A stretch of 64,000 bases of DNA from Phoronis australis (lineage: Eukaryota > Animalia > Phoronida), in the NCBI GenBank assembly GCA_002633005.1, contig NMRA01000207.1, forward strand, positions 117,408 to 181,407, written 5' to 3'. The position numbers were made by a program, and so were the translations under genes. The notes beneath the pieces were generated by a model that saw nothing but the letters and a program-made list of their open reading frames with translations, was not told where the DNA came from and ran no database searches. Position 1 is the stretch's first letter, and each line of letters opens with the position of its first letter. Shown here one piece after another: positions 22,901 through 34,900 of this stretch.

Positions 22901-25900
22901 TCGACTGTGAAAACAACAGTCGCGCATTAGGCAGACAATATCAACATGGAATGTTTCTATGATGGATAACAACATATCGTCACAGACTTTGAAAAGATAC
23001 GAGTATGTTAAATTTTAGCGGGAGGTTTAGTCAAGGCACACGTTGAATGCTCACAGTGACCTCTGACGTGTTTCGCAAACCCAAGACATTCGGAAAGCAC
23101 TTGAACGGAAACACAATATTCCACATCAAAATTCAACATTCCAACCTCAACAGCCAACCACCTAAAATAAGAGGCTGGCATTTGTATAGCAGATGCTAGT
23201 AGTGAATAAAGTCATGAGAATAATTGTGAAACCATCACCTTTCACGCATGTGAATTTGTGCGATAACAAACTACAAGATAACTCGACATGGAATCTAATT
23301 ATGGAGGTGGGCATCCATTTCCGCAGTTTGTGGCACAGCGGAAACTTTCTGATGTCACAAAAATATCTTTAATTTACAATGTATGAAGAATTACTTCAGC
23401 CATTATACTGAGTGAGTTGTTCCTTTAAGGGCAGTATGAGTTCACGACCTTTTGAACTGACACCATTGACCTGCTGACAGATACTGATGCAAGAGTTTCC
23501 CACAATAGAGATTTATGAGACATCCTTCCTTCCCGCCACCACGTGACGAAGAGATTCGTCCCCTGCGAAGGAATGATTTCCCACAATTCATTGCCCTTCT
23601 CTCCCTCTCTGCCCACAGAGGTCACAACTGCGTTGCTATAAAGTTAATCTGTTAAATATGCTAAACATAATGATAATTTTTCATCAAGGAAATATTTTTA
23701 CAGGTCACCAGTGAACTCATAATGGTGCCTTTCTTCATGAATATATTATCTACAAGACAGATGGGACTAAGTGACATCGATTTCTCATGACAATTAGGGT
23801 CTGTAGTATGAAAAGTGACTTAAGTCTCAAGACTGAAATTTGTACTTTGGCTTCCACTTGACAATCACAGACTAAATGTTTAGCAAAGTAATTATGAGAG
23901 AATCACATTGAAAAAATAATTCACAGAAATTATCTAGGTAAAAAGAAGTTATGTGCATATTCCATGAGACTCAATTGAGAATTAATTGCTTTTCAGAAAT
24001 AGTTTTTACTTAAAACAGACAATCGCCGCACAAATGAAAAAGTTCATATTATTAATTCGACATTTCGTCTATTCATTAGAACATCATCAGGATACAAACA
24101 ATCCTGATGTCTAATGAATAGACTAAATGCTGAATTAATATGAGCTTTTCATTTGTGTAGCGATTGTCCGTTTTTGATTCAAATATGGCCAAAAACTGAT
24201 GTATCTTGTTTTTTACTTAAGCCATGAGTCACTTTTTGTGAAAGAGACCGTAAAACTCAACATCTTTCAGTCGTTCAGGTCATCCTAAAACAACAAACTG
24301 ATGACGGCACCGTCAACCACTTACCGACCAGTCTTGTGAGACAGACGATGGAAGCCCCCCGGGCCCTGGGGCACACTGGTTGATAGAAATGCTGGAAGGG
24401 GGTTCTCTTCCAGTGTATCACACGGCGAGCCAATCAAGAACTGTGGTTTGTCAGTGGTCGACGTCTGACACTCACTGGTGCATCGCCGTCGCAGGGGTTC
24501 AGGCTTTTGGGAAATGGGACCTCTACTAACTGAGAAAAAAAGAATGGCCGTGTTTCATTAGGGACCTGAAGCCAATCAGAAAAAATAGGGTTGACATGCG
24601 TCACAAAAGGCTTCCATAGACCCGAAGACAACTTGGTAAAATAATTATTCTAATTCAAACGCTAAAATTACTGTAAAACTCGTCAGTTGAGCGCATGTGC
24701 CCAGTTGTGGAGCTGCGTCTAATTGCGGAACTTAGGCACATAGGCCTACATGCATGACATTTGAGAGAAGAAATCTTGAGGAAAACATGCTTTGTTTCGC
24801 ATAAGGGTGCATGAGTTTATTTGTGGTGTAAAAAGTAAGAAACGTGGCAGCTCTATGACTCCTGGAGTGTAAAGATCACACTCTATATTTTGTTTATTCC
24901 CAGTAAGCCACTGACACTACTGCAAAATCTAACTTCATAACAAAGTACTTGGATCACAAAAAGGACACGGTTCTATCTTTTAAACTACTGACCTCTAAAC
25001 ATATTAACCATAACACACTAATAAATTCCTTAGCAATCACGTCACGTTTGAAAACCATTGCACCGAATGGAGTTCAACACATGCTTCAAGGCAAAAAAGT
25101 CACTTGCTTTATTCTGTAGTTTACAATTTCAAGCTGGCCTAGTTATGAGGGACTTTATAGGGATGTTATCGGCGAGAAATGTGGTTTTCCGAGATTTGCC
25201 TCTGTGCACAAAAAACCTAACGTCCCCACCGCCACAGTCTAAGGTTGCGATAGCGCAGCTAAATCCTTACTCAATAAATGGCAGCATATTTCAAGCATAT
25301 TTAACTACTAATGTCTGCCAGACAACAGCAGGAACTGGCAACAGATTTTGCAGTTTTATGACTCTGGTCAAAGCTCATAACTTCAAGACGTCTCTTCCAT
25401 CTAACAATAATCACAATACGCATTCTTGGCCATTAAACCGATAAAACGTTCCCTTACAGCAGGAAATCATCAGAATGGCTTAGTACATAGGCTGCCATTA
25501 GCCTCGTACATTACCTAGAGCTCCACCTGCTGTTGGACTCAGAGACGTATCCCCACTACCGCCCCCGACGTAATGCGGATGGCGCTGCAGTCTGGCGGAG
25601 GATGCCGTGGAGGACCCTGGACTCCCAATGCTGGAGACGTTCTCGCTGCTATCTGTCTGATCTTCTCCGAACATCAGGTTGTCACTGAAACTGAAGTTGG
25701 ACGACTCGCTGACGCTGCTATGCTGTCGGTGGAAGACCTCAGGACGACCCGTAGCCGACGACGACATCAACGTCGACTCTAACTCGGGGGTACTAGCAAC
25801 TGAGTGAAGAGGCGGGCTGTGGCGAGAGAAGACCAGATCGTCTGGACTGTCGCCGTCGGATTGTTCCAAGTCCTGGAATGGAACACTAATGTAATACTAA

Positions 25901-28900
25901 GAACTTATGACAACAAGCTTGCCCACTAGGCAAGCCCATAGGTTTATATGTGGACAATTTTGTGATGAAGCCATGTAGAGTAACGCCTTGCAAAAGTAAA
26001 TACAGTTGTTTAAAGACTGCGTAATTATTTCAGAGGTGAACAAATATTTTAACAAAACTACACGTGGGTCCAGGATCGAATCTCAAAACTCAGGCTCGAA
26101 AGTTCTACATTATTTGCATTATTCGTGGACAAATTTGCAAGTTTGCTCGAAGCGTGCTGTGCATTTGCTCAATTTTTGTGTTGAGACTGGAGAGAACGGC
26201 CATTAAGACAATAGTCACTTACAGGGTCCCATATTTTGAGAACCAGTTTGATGGCTGTTATTCAGTGAAAACTGGATCTTGGGAACTAGTTTGATGTCTG
26301 TTACTCAGTGAAAACTGGATCTTAAGAACCAGTTTGATGTCTGTTACTCAGTGAAAACTGGATCTTGAGAACCAGTTTGATGTCTGTTACTCAGTGAAAA
26401 CTGGATCTCGAGAACCAGTTTGATGTCTGTTACTCAGTGAAAACTGGATCTTGAGAACCAGTTTGATGTCTGTTACTAAGTGAAAACTGGATCTCAAAAA
26501 GTGGGACCCCCATAAGTGACTAATACCAAGATTAGACCCTGGGCCAGAATATCTCGTCTTACTTTTAGAAACAGCCATGAGTGGTGTAAATAAAAAGTTC
26601 GCCTCCACGACAAAAAGCAGGTTTTATAGACGCTTCAAATCAAATACCGCCTCACTGCACTGTTGGCGTTACCAACAATATGCTTCCGACGAGCGAAAAT
26701 TTTATCAAACGACCAAGACACACATTCAACCCCAAAATACTAGACTAATCGCCTACATTACACACAAATATATTGAAAAGATCATAAGACCCATTGTACA
26801 ATAAATACTATACTCCACATGGTCCCGTTTACAGCACATAAAATTCTTTATGCGCATGTCTGCATTCAAATTCTTGATACTTTGCTACGACTCGATTGGC
26901 CAACTCCAACGAATCCCACACAAACAACTCAAAAATGCTCTGGCTTACCCGAATGTAAATTTGAAGGGACGGAACGAGCTTGTTTGAGCAAAACTGGCAA
27001 CTGAAAAGGAAAATCACATTATTTATATCCCACTAATCACACAAAGCCAACAACAACTAAACATGCGCGACCGATTTTACAGGGTGTCTAAAAATATGCA
27101 CAAAAACAGATGAAACATAAGTACCAGGAAATGTCTCTAATGGAGACTAATGGTTATTTCTTATACCAGGGATCCCCTTAATCCCCGTTCATATGGAAGA
27201 GAACAATCGTATCTCCTTACAGGATGTGATAATTACAAACTTTCAAGCTATGCACAGCAGGACTTTGATAGAGCTGCTTCCTTGTGTTCAGCTGATGCTG
27301 AGGTTACCTTTGTCATCCAACCACATGACAATGACTTCAACATAACGGCAAAGAGCCAACAAGAACATTTAGTGATATGTGTACCAAATCTCACACCTCT
27401 GTCACGATTCGCACAGAATTTTAAGACATTCCCCATGACATTTCTGAGAAACGTTTCTCTGTAAATGAAATTAGCCACCATATAGGGAAAAGGGTATGTA
27501 ATGCTGTTTAGTTAGTTTTAGCATACACTGTGCAGTACACGGCACAATATTCAGACAAAATGACTCGGAATTCCCCACATCATGACGGCTGAGTAAAAGA
27601 GGAATTCCCAATCACAGTACCTAGAATAGTGACTGCATTTTCACCAATTCATTTTAGCGTACACTGCATTTACCTTGTGTTGAGGTTAGAATCATCCGCT
27701 GACCACCCGGCCATGATCTCCTCATCGTACAGGATACACGAGCAACGTGGGCAGCGACTGCACGTGTAGATGTCGACCTCCATCACCACGTCGAAGAGTT
27801 CTTGTGCGTAGCTGATAAGCGAGCACGTCTGGCGGTATGCGTCCAACTCTCTCATCTCTTTCAGGGGCACAAACTGATCAAGATAGGAGAGCGAAGCCAT
27901 GCTACCTGCGGACGAAGGAGACCGTGGAACGGATGAAGAACAGAAACTTTTGATAGCAAAAAATTGTCTACACTCTGATAAATCATCAAATAATTATTTT
28001 AATTGTTCAAAATTCATTTTTTTTAAATTCATCATCATTATCTTCATTGTTTATTGCTGTTTCTAACTATAAATGCTTTAATTACTAACTCAAATTAATT
28101 TTAGTACCACTTCTTTCAACGAATACAAACCAAAATTATGTTGAAATTCCGAGTTTCAGTGCGTAAAACAAAAACATAACATAAAAATTGTGTGAAGCAA
28201 ACAAAGTAGAGTTGACAGTTGGAAAAGATTCCACTCAGAAAATCATCAACCTATCAGAGGCAGGTGCACATAACATAAAATCAAAGATTAAGTGCCTGCT
28301 TCGCCTATTTACAGTTAGTCAGGACTGATGAAACAGTAAATCTACAGTTGAGTGAAGCTAATTGCAGCTACAGTACAGCTACATTCAGTAGTTTCTTGTA
28401 AATAACCTTGGCTGACATGAAGCTTTTCCCGAAAAAGGAAATCCGTATTCAATTCATGTAAAATATATATACAGTAAAATATCACCAATTTTGGACAATA
28501 ACAATTGCCAAAGCAAGTCATTTTCAGTTTTCAAGAGCCTCGGACATTGCTGCAAGTGCCCACACTTTTTAAAAAAATATTGCGTGGTGATAGCAACGGT
28601 GCAGAGCTTGAGGATGGACAACCAATATTTTGGTGCTACGAATCTTTTATGCAAAAAAATGAGGAAAAGAAATTTCATTAATCCACCACATCATGTCCTA
28701 TATTTGAGAGATTTTACAGCAGCTTAAGCTCTCTAAACCTCTAATATGTTATTTTGAACAATTTGCACTTCATGAATTTTCTGATTACAGCTCTGTTTTC
28801 ATGCTGCAAGAAAATGTTATGTGCTAGGCATTCAGCTATAATGACTGTCTGTATTAGACAAGAACGAGCTGCAATTTCAAAGGCAAAAATCTGCTCTTTA

Positions 28901-31900
28901 CCAATACTACAAAGTCAAAGTTGTAAGCAATAGCATCCTATTATGCAACGTAATGCTAAGCAAGAGTCCCTCACCGCTGACAAATAATTATTAGTAAGAA
29001 AATATTCCACAGACCAAGTACCACAGATTCAGACAGTTCAGCATGACCAAACAGAAACATACAAAATGAACACCTAAAGCTTAACAGAAATGCCAATTTT
29101 ACCAATCTAAGCAATGAAACCAATTTAGTCTAAACAATTCTACTTCGTATAGTGCAACAAAAATGTATTTTGTTGGAGCAATTACAGGCAAAAAAATTCT
29201 GTACCCGATTGCGTAACAGTTATGTTTCATGCCCTAACTACAACTACTAGAGATTCAAAACAAAAAAATTCATGGAAAGCTAATCACGAATACACGCATC
29301 TTTACATTCGCTGAACTTGATTCACTGTTGCCAGTTCAGTCGGGTCAAGCGGTTAAGACATTTGATAGGTTCTTGATGACAACTTTTGGCATAGAGGCCA
29401 ATCAGACATTCTGGCCAGTTTACCCAGTGAAGTCAATCACGTGCAGTAGTTATTTCTGTAGGTATGTGTTAGAAAGCAAGGTGCAATAGACCTTATCCAC
29501 GCAGTCGCCATTTTAGTAGTGAGCCTCTTTTTAGCTTTAAAAAAAACACTGCATTTGAGACATAAATATAATGAGGCACGAGAAATTATCACACTTTGCA
29601 CTGTGGTTAAGCACAGAATGCATTGTTTTTAAAACCTAAAAAGAGGCTCGCTGCGTGAATAAAGTGAATACAGACAATTGTTAGAAATGTTCATTGAAGG
29701 AGTTAACAGCATGGCATAAGTTAATACATAATGCACTACAATAACGTAGCATATTAATGTAATATTGCCAGTCTACTTAAGTACCGGATGTGTTCAGCTG
29801 AAGACCACTGGTGGTTCGGTCCAGCTGGTCTGTAACAGGAAGCAGGGGTGTGAAACAATGGGGAAACAATGGTGGATATAAAAACAAGACTTCTGAATGT
29901 CTGAGTTCTAAGGTAAATGTTACGGATACAAGAATTAAGTTTGCTATAACATAAACATCTGACAAAATTTCACCAATTGAGTAGTGCACTCTTCAACAAC
30001 AGCAAAACAACTGTGTTGTAATATGATCAAAAAACATGATAAAAGACATCTAATCAGACGAACTAAATAACGATACCACAGTCTAGTTCCCTAACTTACC
30101 ATAAGGGGTGCTGTTTGGAGTAGACAGCTTAGCGCCATCTGTGAGCGAGTAGGAGCTGCCAGAATTAGGCAGACTGAAGCTGGCACTGTGTCTAAGGTGT
30201 GCCCCATAGGTGGCATCAGTGTGCTCCTCATCTACCGACTGTGTCTTGTCGTTGAGGCGGGGCACACTACCCGACAAGCTCGGTGAACCCGGCGCTTGCC
30301 ACGACTGCTTTATCTCAGTTATACGTGACGCCATGCTGACAGCAGCCGTCTTTAGTCGATGACCAAAGAATTCCGAACGCTTGAAAAACTGTGAATAACC
30401 TCTGCTGTTTTTGGATGTTGATGTTGCCGTAGTGATGGAAGAAGCCTCAGTTTGTGAACTTCCTGAACCTTGTCGGCGATGAGTTTGAGGTGTATGCTGC
30501 GGACTGCTCGTCAGCGGTTTCCACTCCTGCACTGGAGATGGTGTGGTAGGACTGACAGGGGAAGCAAGAGGTGGTTCAAGTGCATCCTGTGAAGTCATTT
30601 TTGCCGCTGAACTACCGCCCCGCCGGAACCAACTCCTCAGGTACTCCTTTGTTCCACTTAAGCGCATGCTCTGGCTTCTCTTGAGGGGGGACCCTTCAAT
30701 GGAGTTATCTCCTGACCCTCGTACATTCAGTGACTGGTTGGAGGAAAATTCAAAGTCCAGGGGAGATAAGTCCACGAGGTCCTTAGGTCTCTTGGCACTC
30801 TCTATTGGAATGCTGTTACTACGAATAACTTCCTCCTTCCATAAACGTGGAGAAAAACCGGCACTAGACACAGGACTCCCAGCTGAGCCTACGACGCCAA
30901 ATACATCTGTGTTACTATTAACGGTGACATTTGAGGATGACCCTGTCACGAGAGGTGGCGATGCCACACTCACACTGAACAAACCCAGTGGGTCATTCTC
31001 CGTCACAACGGTCCTTACAGATACGGGACTCAGCAAGTCAGAGGCTTTCTTGTTCATAGTGATAGGAGTCGGAGTTTTTTGCTCATCAGTATCAACAAGC
31101 AAACTCAAGCCGGCATCCTTATTAATGAGCAATGGCTTGACGATCGGTTTCTGTTTCATAATCGTTTCTCCATTGCTATTGGTCGGTTCTCCAAGACCTA
31201 AGAGGTCCCTCATGTCTTCCTGAGCATTTGCTCTAACAACATTTTCTACACTAGTCCTAGAATGTGTTTCCGTCACATTGCACTCAACATTGTTATCAGA
31301 CAACAGGTCAGTAACGTCTACCAAACCATTCTGCACAGACGGTTCCTTTGAACAGCCAAGCAACAACTGAGCATCGCTGGCAAATACACTGGCATCTAGG
31401 TCGATATCCGAGTCATTGGCCAATTTGCTCAAGAAGTCTACAGGGACAGACGAGGTTTGTACGGACATTTGCTCCTTCCAGGGTGCGAGGGTAGAGCGGG
31501 GTGGATTGTGGTGATCTCCAGCGCTGCGATGCCGTTTTCTCTTGGCCTGCGAGATCAAGTGCTGGCTGGAGGACAGTTCTGCAGGCTCGCCATACCCTGT
31601 CTCCGACAATGAGGTTTGACTAGTGGTTATCAACAGGCCAGCTGGGCTCTCCACTGAAAGAGGTGATAATGCATAAAAACAATTCTTTTAGTAGCAAAAT
31701 ATTCTGGTTTTTCAAGAAAAAATTTCTCATTATCTCACATTTTATAACTCATATTGAGGTCAATACCCAGGATATTTAAACTGAAACTAAAAAAGTGAGG
31801 AGTCAGCAAAAAACCGATGCATCAAAAACATGGTTGTTCAAAAGTAACATTGCGTAATGTTTGAGAGAGAGCATCAACCTGAAGGTCATCAGATCAGAAA

Positions 31901-34900
31901 GGTTTAAGACATGTGCACACATCTTGTTAAGCACTAGAATCCTCAATACAAATGAAATATCTATGTTCAGTCTAGCCACGCGCGTTCAGTCTAGCCACGC
32001 GCGTTCAGTCTAGCCACGCGCGTTCAGTCTAGCCACGCGCGTTCAGTCTAGCCACGCGCGTTCAGTCTAGCCACGCGCGTTCAGTCTAGCCACGCGCGTT
32101 CAGTCTAGCCACGCGCGTTCAGTCTAGCCACGCGCGTTCAGTCTAGCTAAACACCACAGCTAAGCCACACAATCAGTACTTACGGGAGGTGCTCTTCAGC
32201 GTGTCAATGCTGTTACCACTGCCCAAACTGGAGACGGACCGTTTTACTATGCTCCCAAGACGTCTGCGGAACTCGTCACGGGGCACCGATTGTTTGTGCT
32301 TCCAACCTGTGTAGGGCGTTAAGTCAGGATGAATGAATAAATTTGGATCAGATCATCAAACATGGCCAGTCATGAAGCACTACTCATTTATTTCGAAGCA
32401 GTTATAAACTCGCCTTCCATCACAAAACTGGTCATAAACTCACCTTCCGTTACAAAACTGGTTATAAACTCGCCCTCCGTCACAAAACCAACTTTTAATT
32501 TAAACAGCTTACTGCTGTGAGATAGATATCAAAATGTTCCTTAGTCAAATCTGAGGTGATTTCAGGGCTTTGAAACAACTGACAGTCCATTTTAACTCAT
32601 AAAATCTATTATACAAGACAAAACTAATGATCCAATAAAATACCGTTTTCCTGTCATGATAGCAAATTCTGTAAACAGCAAAAATGACTGGTGATGACTA
32701 TGATGATAGTCATTATGGCAAGAAAATTATAATTACACAAAGCTTAGCCACTTAGTGACTTTCCTGTTAAAGCTCCTTCATTCTCGGTCATGAGGGGAGA
32801 CAACTCAAACGATGAATTCGTGTTCGCCTAACCGTCGTGACAGGAAATTCCGGGTCATTTCGTCCAAATATTTTGGCGTGTACTGTACAAATCACCAACT
32901 GCATAGCAGAGTCAAGTACTTTTCCACAAATCAAATATGATATCCACGAAAAGAAAAGACATACTTGGCTCCGAGCGCATCCTTCGACGAGTTCGATCGA
33001 ATGTTTCTTGAGGTTTGTCATGTCTGGAGCCAGCAGAGTCGAGCGATGAGATACTGGCAGCCACCTTCTGTGACTCCTCGTGTGAGAGAGAGCCATACCC
33101 TTTGTCAGATACATCACCTGTTTTCATTAAAACACGCTGCCCCACTTAAAATAGGTTATGAAATGCCAGCTTTAGCACAAATTACAACTAAAATTAAACC
33201 ATACCCAAGCTGTAAAGGTGCCCTCAGCATTCTCCCAAAGCAGTCAGAGAACAAAGTTATTTTATGCAGCAGGTAGGAGCTTGCACAAATAAACTTTAAA
33301 GCCTTCATAAAATCACTCATTTCAATGATGTGGTGATGTTATAACATTGTTACGAAAAATGTATTGGTCTATCATCTCTATCATAATTTTATTTAGACTA
33401 ATAGATTTTAAAAATGAAGCTGTCTAAGAATCCCCTGTAAGACAGTCTCGGTGAAATCGCCATAGAAATGGAATAAATAAAGTTCTAATTAAATTTTGAA
33501 GAAAATTACTATTCTTATCACAACCTCATCAGAAAGAAAAGTGTTGTAGATCAAGATATCCTAGAATCCATGAGATGCAAATGAAGCCAAAAACATGCTA
33601 CATTAAACATAATCCCAAAATATCGTTCATATATGAAACAGGAGAGTTCATGTGTAATATGACAAACGCCACAAAAGCTCAGCTTACAATACTTCAAGGT
33701 CGGAGTTTTAGCAAAGTTCTGAGTATGATTGTGTAAATAGGAATGACACTGTACGGCAAAAGGCAATTTCATAAAGGACCACTCACAAACACTTAAATCG
33801 TATCACGTGACTCTTCTCTACATTACCTTCAATCAAAACTTGATTCTCTTCCTGTACAGAGACACAAAATTCTGCTAAAACTCCCCTTTTTGTGGATGAA
33901 TTATTGAACAACAATGTAAAATATTATACCAGAGCTTGTTCTTTCCTCTTTTGTAGGAGAGCTGATCTTAACCAGGTCATTCACAATGTCCGTACTGCAG
34001 GACACCGGCACCCCATTGTGCGATCCTCGCTCGTCAAAACTGTCTACGCTAGCCCGACTTTGTCGATCGAAATCCGAGTTCAGGGAGTTGATAGAGAGCA
34101 TGGACTGACTTCGTCGGCGTATTGACCTGCGGAACTGTGCGATGCCATGCACAACATTGCGTAGTTTGGTCCACATCAGGTTGGCATTACTATTCTTGGA
34201 CGGCCATTTACTCTCGAACACAGCCTGCAGATGGTGGAATGAACAATAGAGGGGAGGTTATACTGACAGTGAGACAGTGCAGACCTGCTGACTTGTCAAA
34301 AATGGTTCCTAGAATTACCACTGTTTTCAAATTTTCAGTGGACTCTCGTTTGAGTGGTAAAATTTCCCAGGTCAAAATTGCAAATTAGAGCCAGCGTCGC
34401 TGTTATCTCAAGCCATCAATTCAGATAATTCCCATATTATCGTATTGAACAGCCTTCACACAGTGTACTAAAAGTTTCTAAAAAATTTTTTATCAGTGTT
34501 TTACTATAAATGGAAAGAAATAAGGAGCAGAAAGTTCCCAATGTACAAAACAATCTGAAACCATTTTGCACATTACACAACCTCTGAAAACGACATTGAC
34601 ATTATCAATCGAAGTTAAAGGTTACAAATAGTTTAATCAAATCTGTTAAATTCTTAAAGCCAATATAGAAGCCGACTTGAAAAGAGCACTCAATACTGCC
34701 GTATAATTTATGCTTTTCCCTAACTGCCCTACTAAAACTACAAAAATGTAGAGAAGCTTCTACAACATGACTAATTATTTACCAGAGTACATTTCTCCCA
34801 ACAAAAATTGCTCTCATACTGGGTTGAAGACTGTGGAAGATCCAGTACATCTCTAGGGGTCCCTGACCACAGTGTCTAAATGAGAGACATTCAAGATATG

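Noticed and set aside
30543-31223. 226-aa + strand ORF
   Set aside because: Antisense shadow of the large DENND4 exon.
26236-32147. 43-bp and 19-bp arrays as CRISPR
   Set aside because: Head-to-tail repeats without unique spacers, no cas genes, eukaryotic introns.
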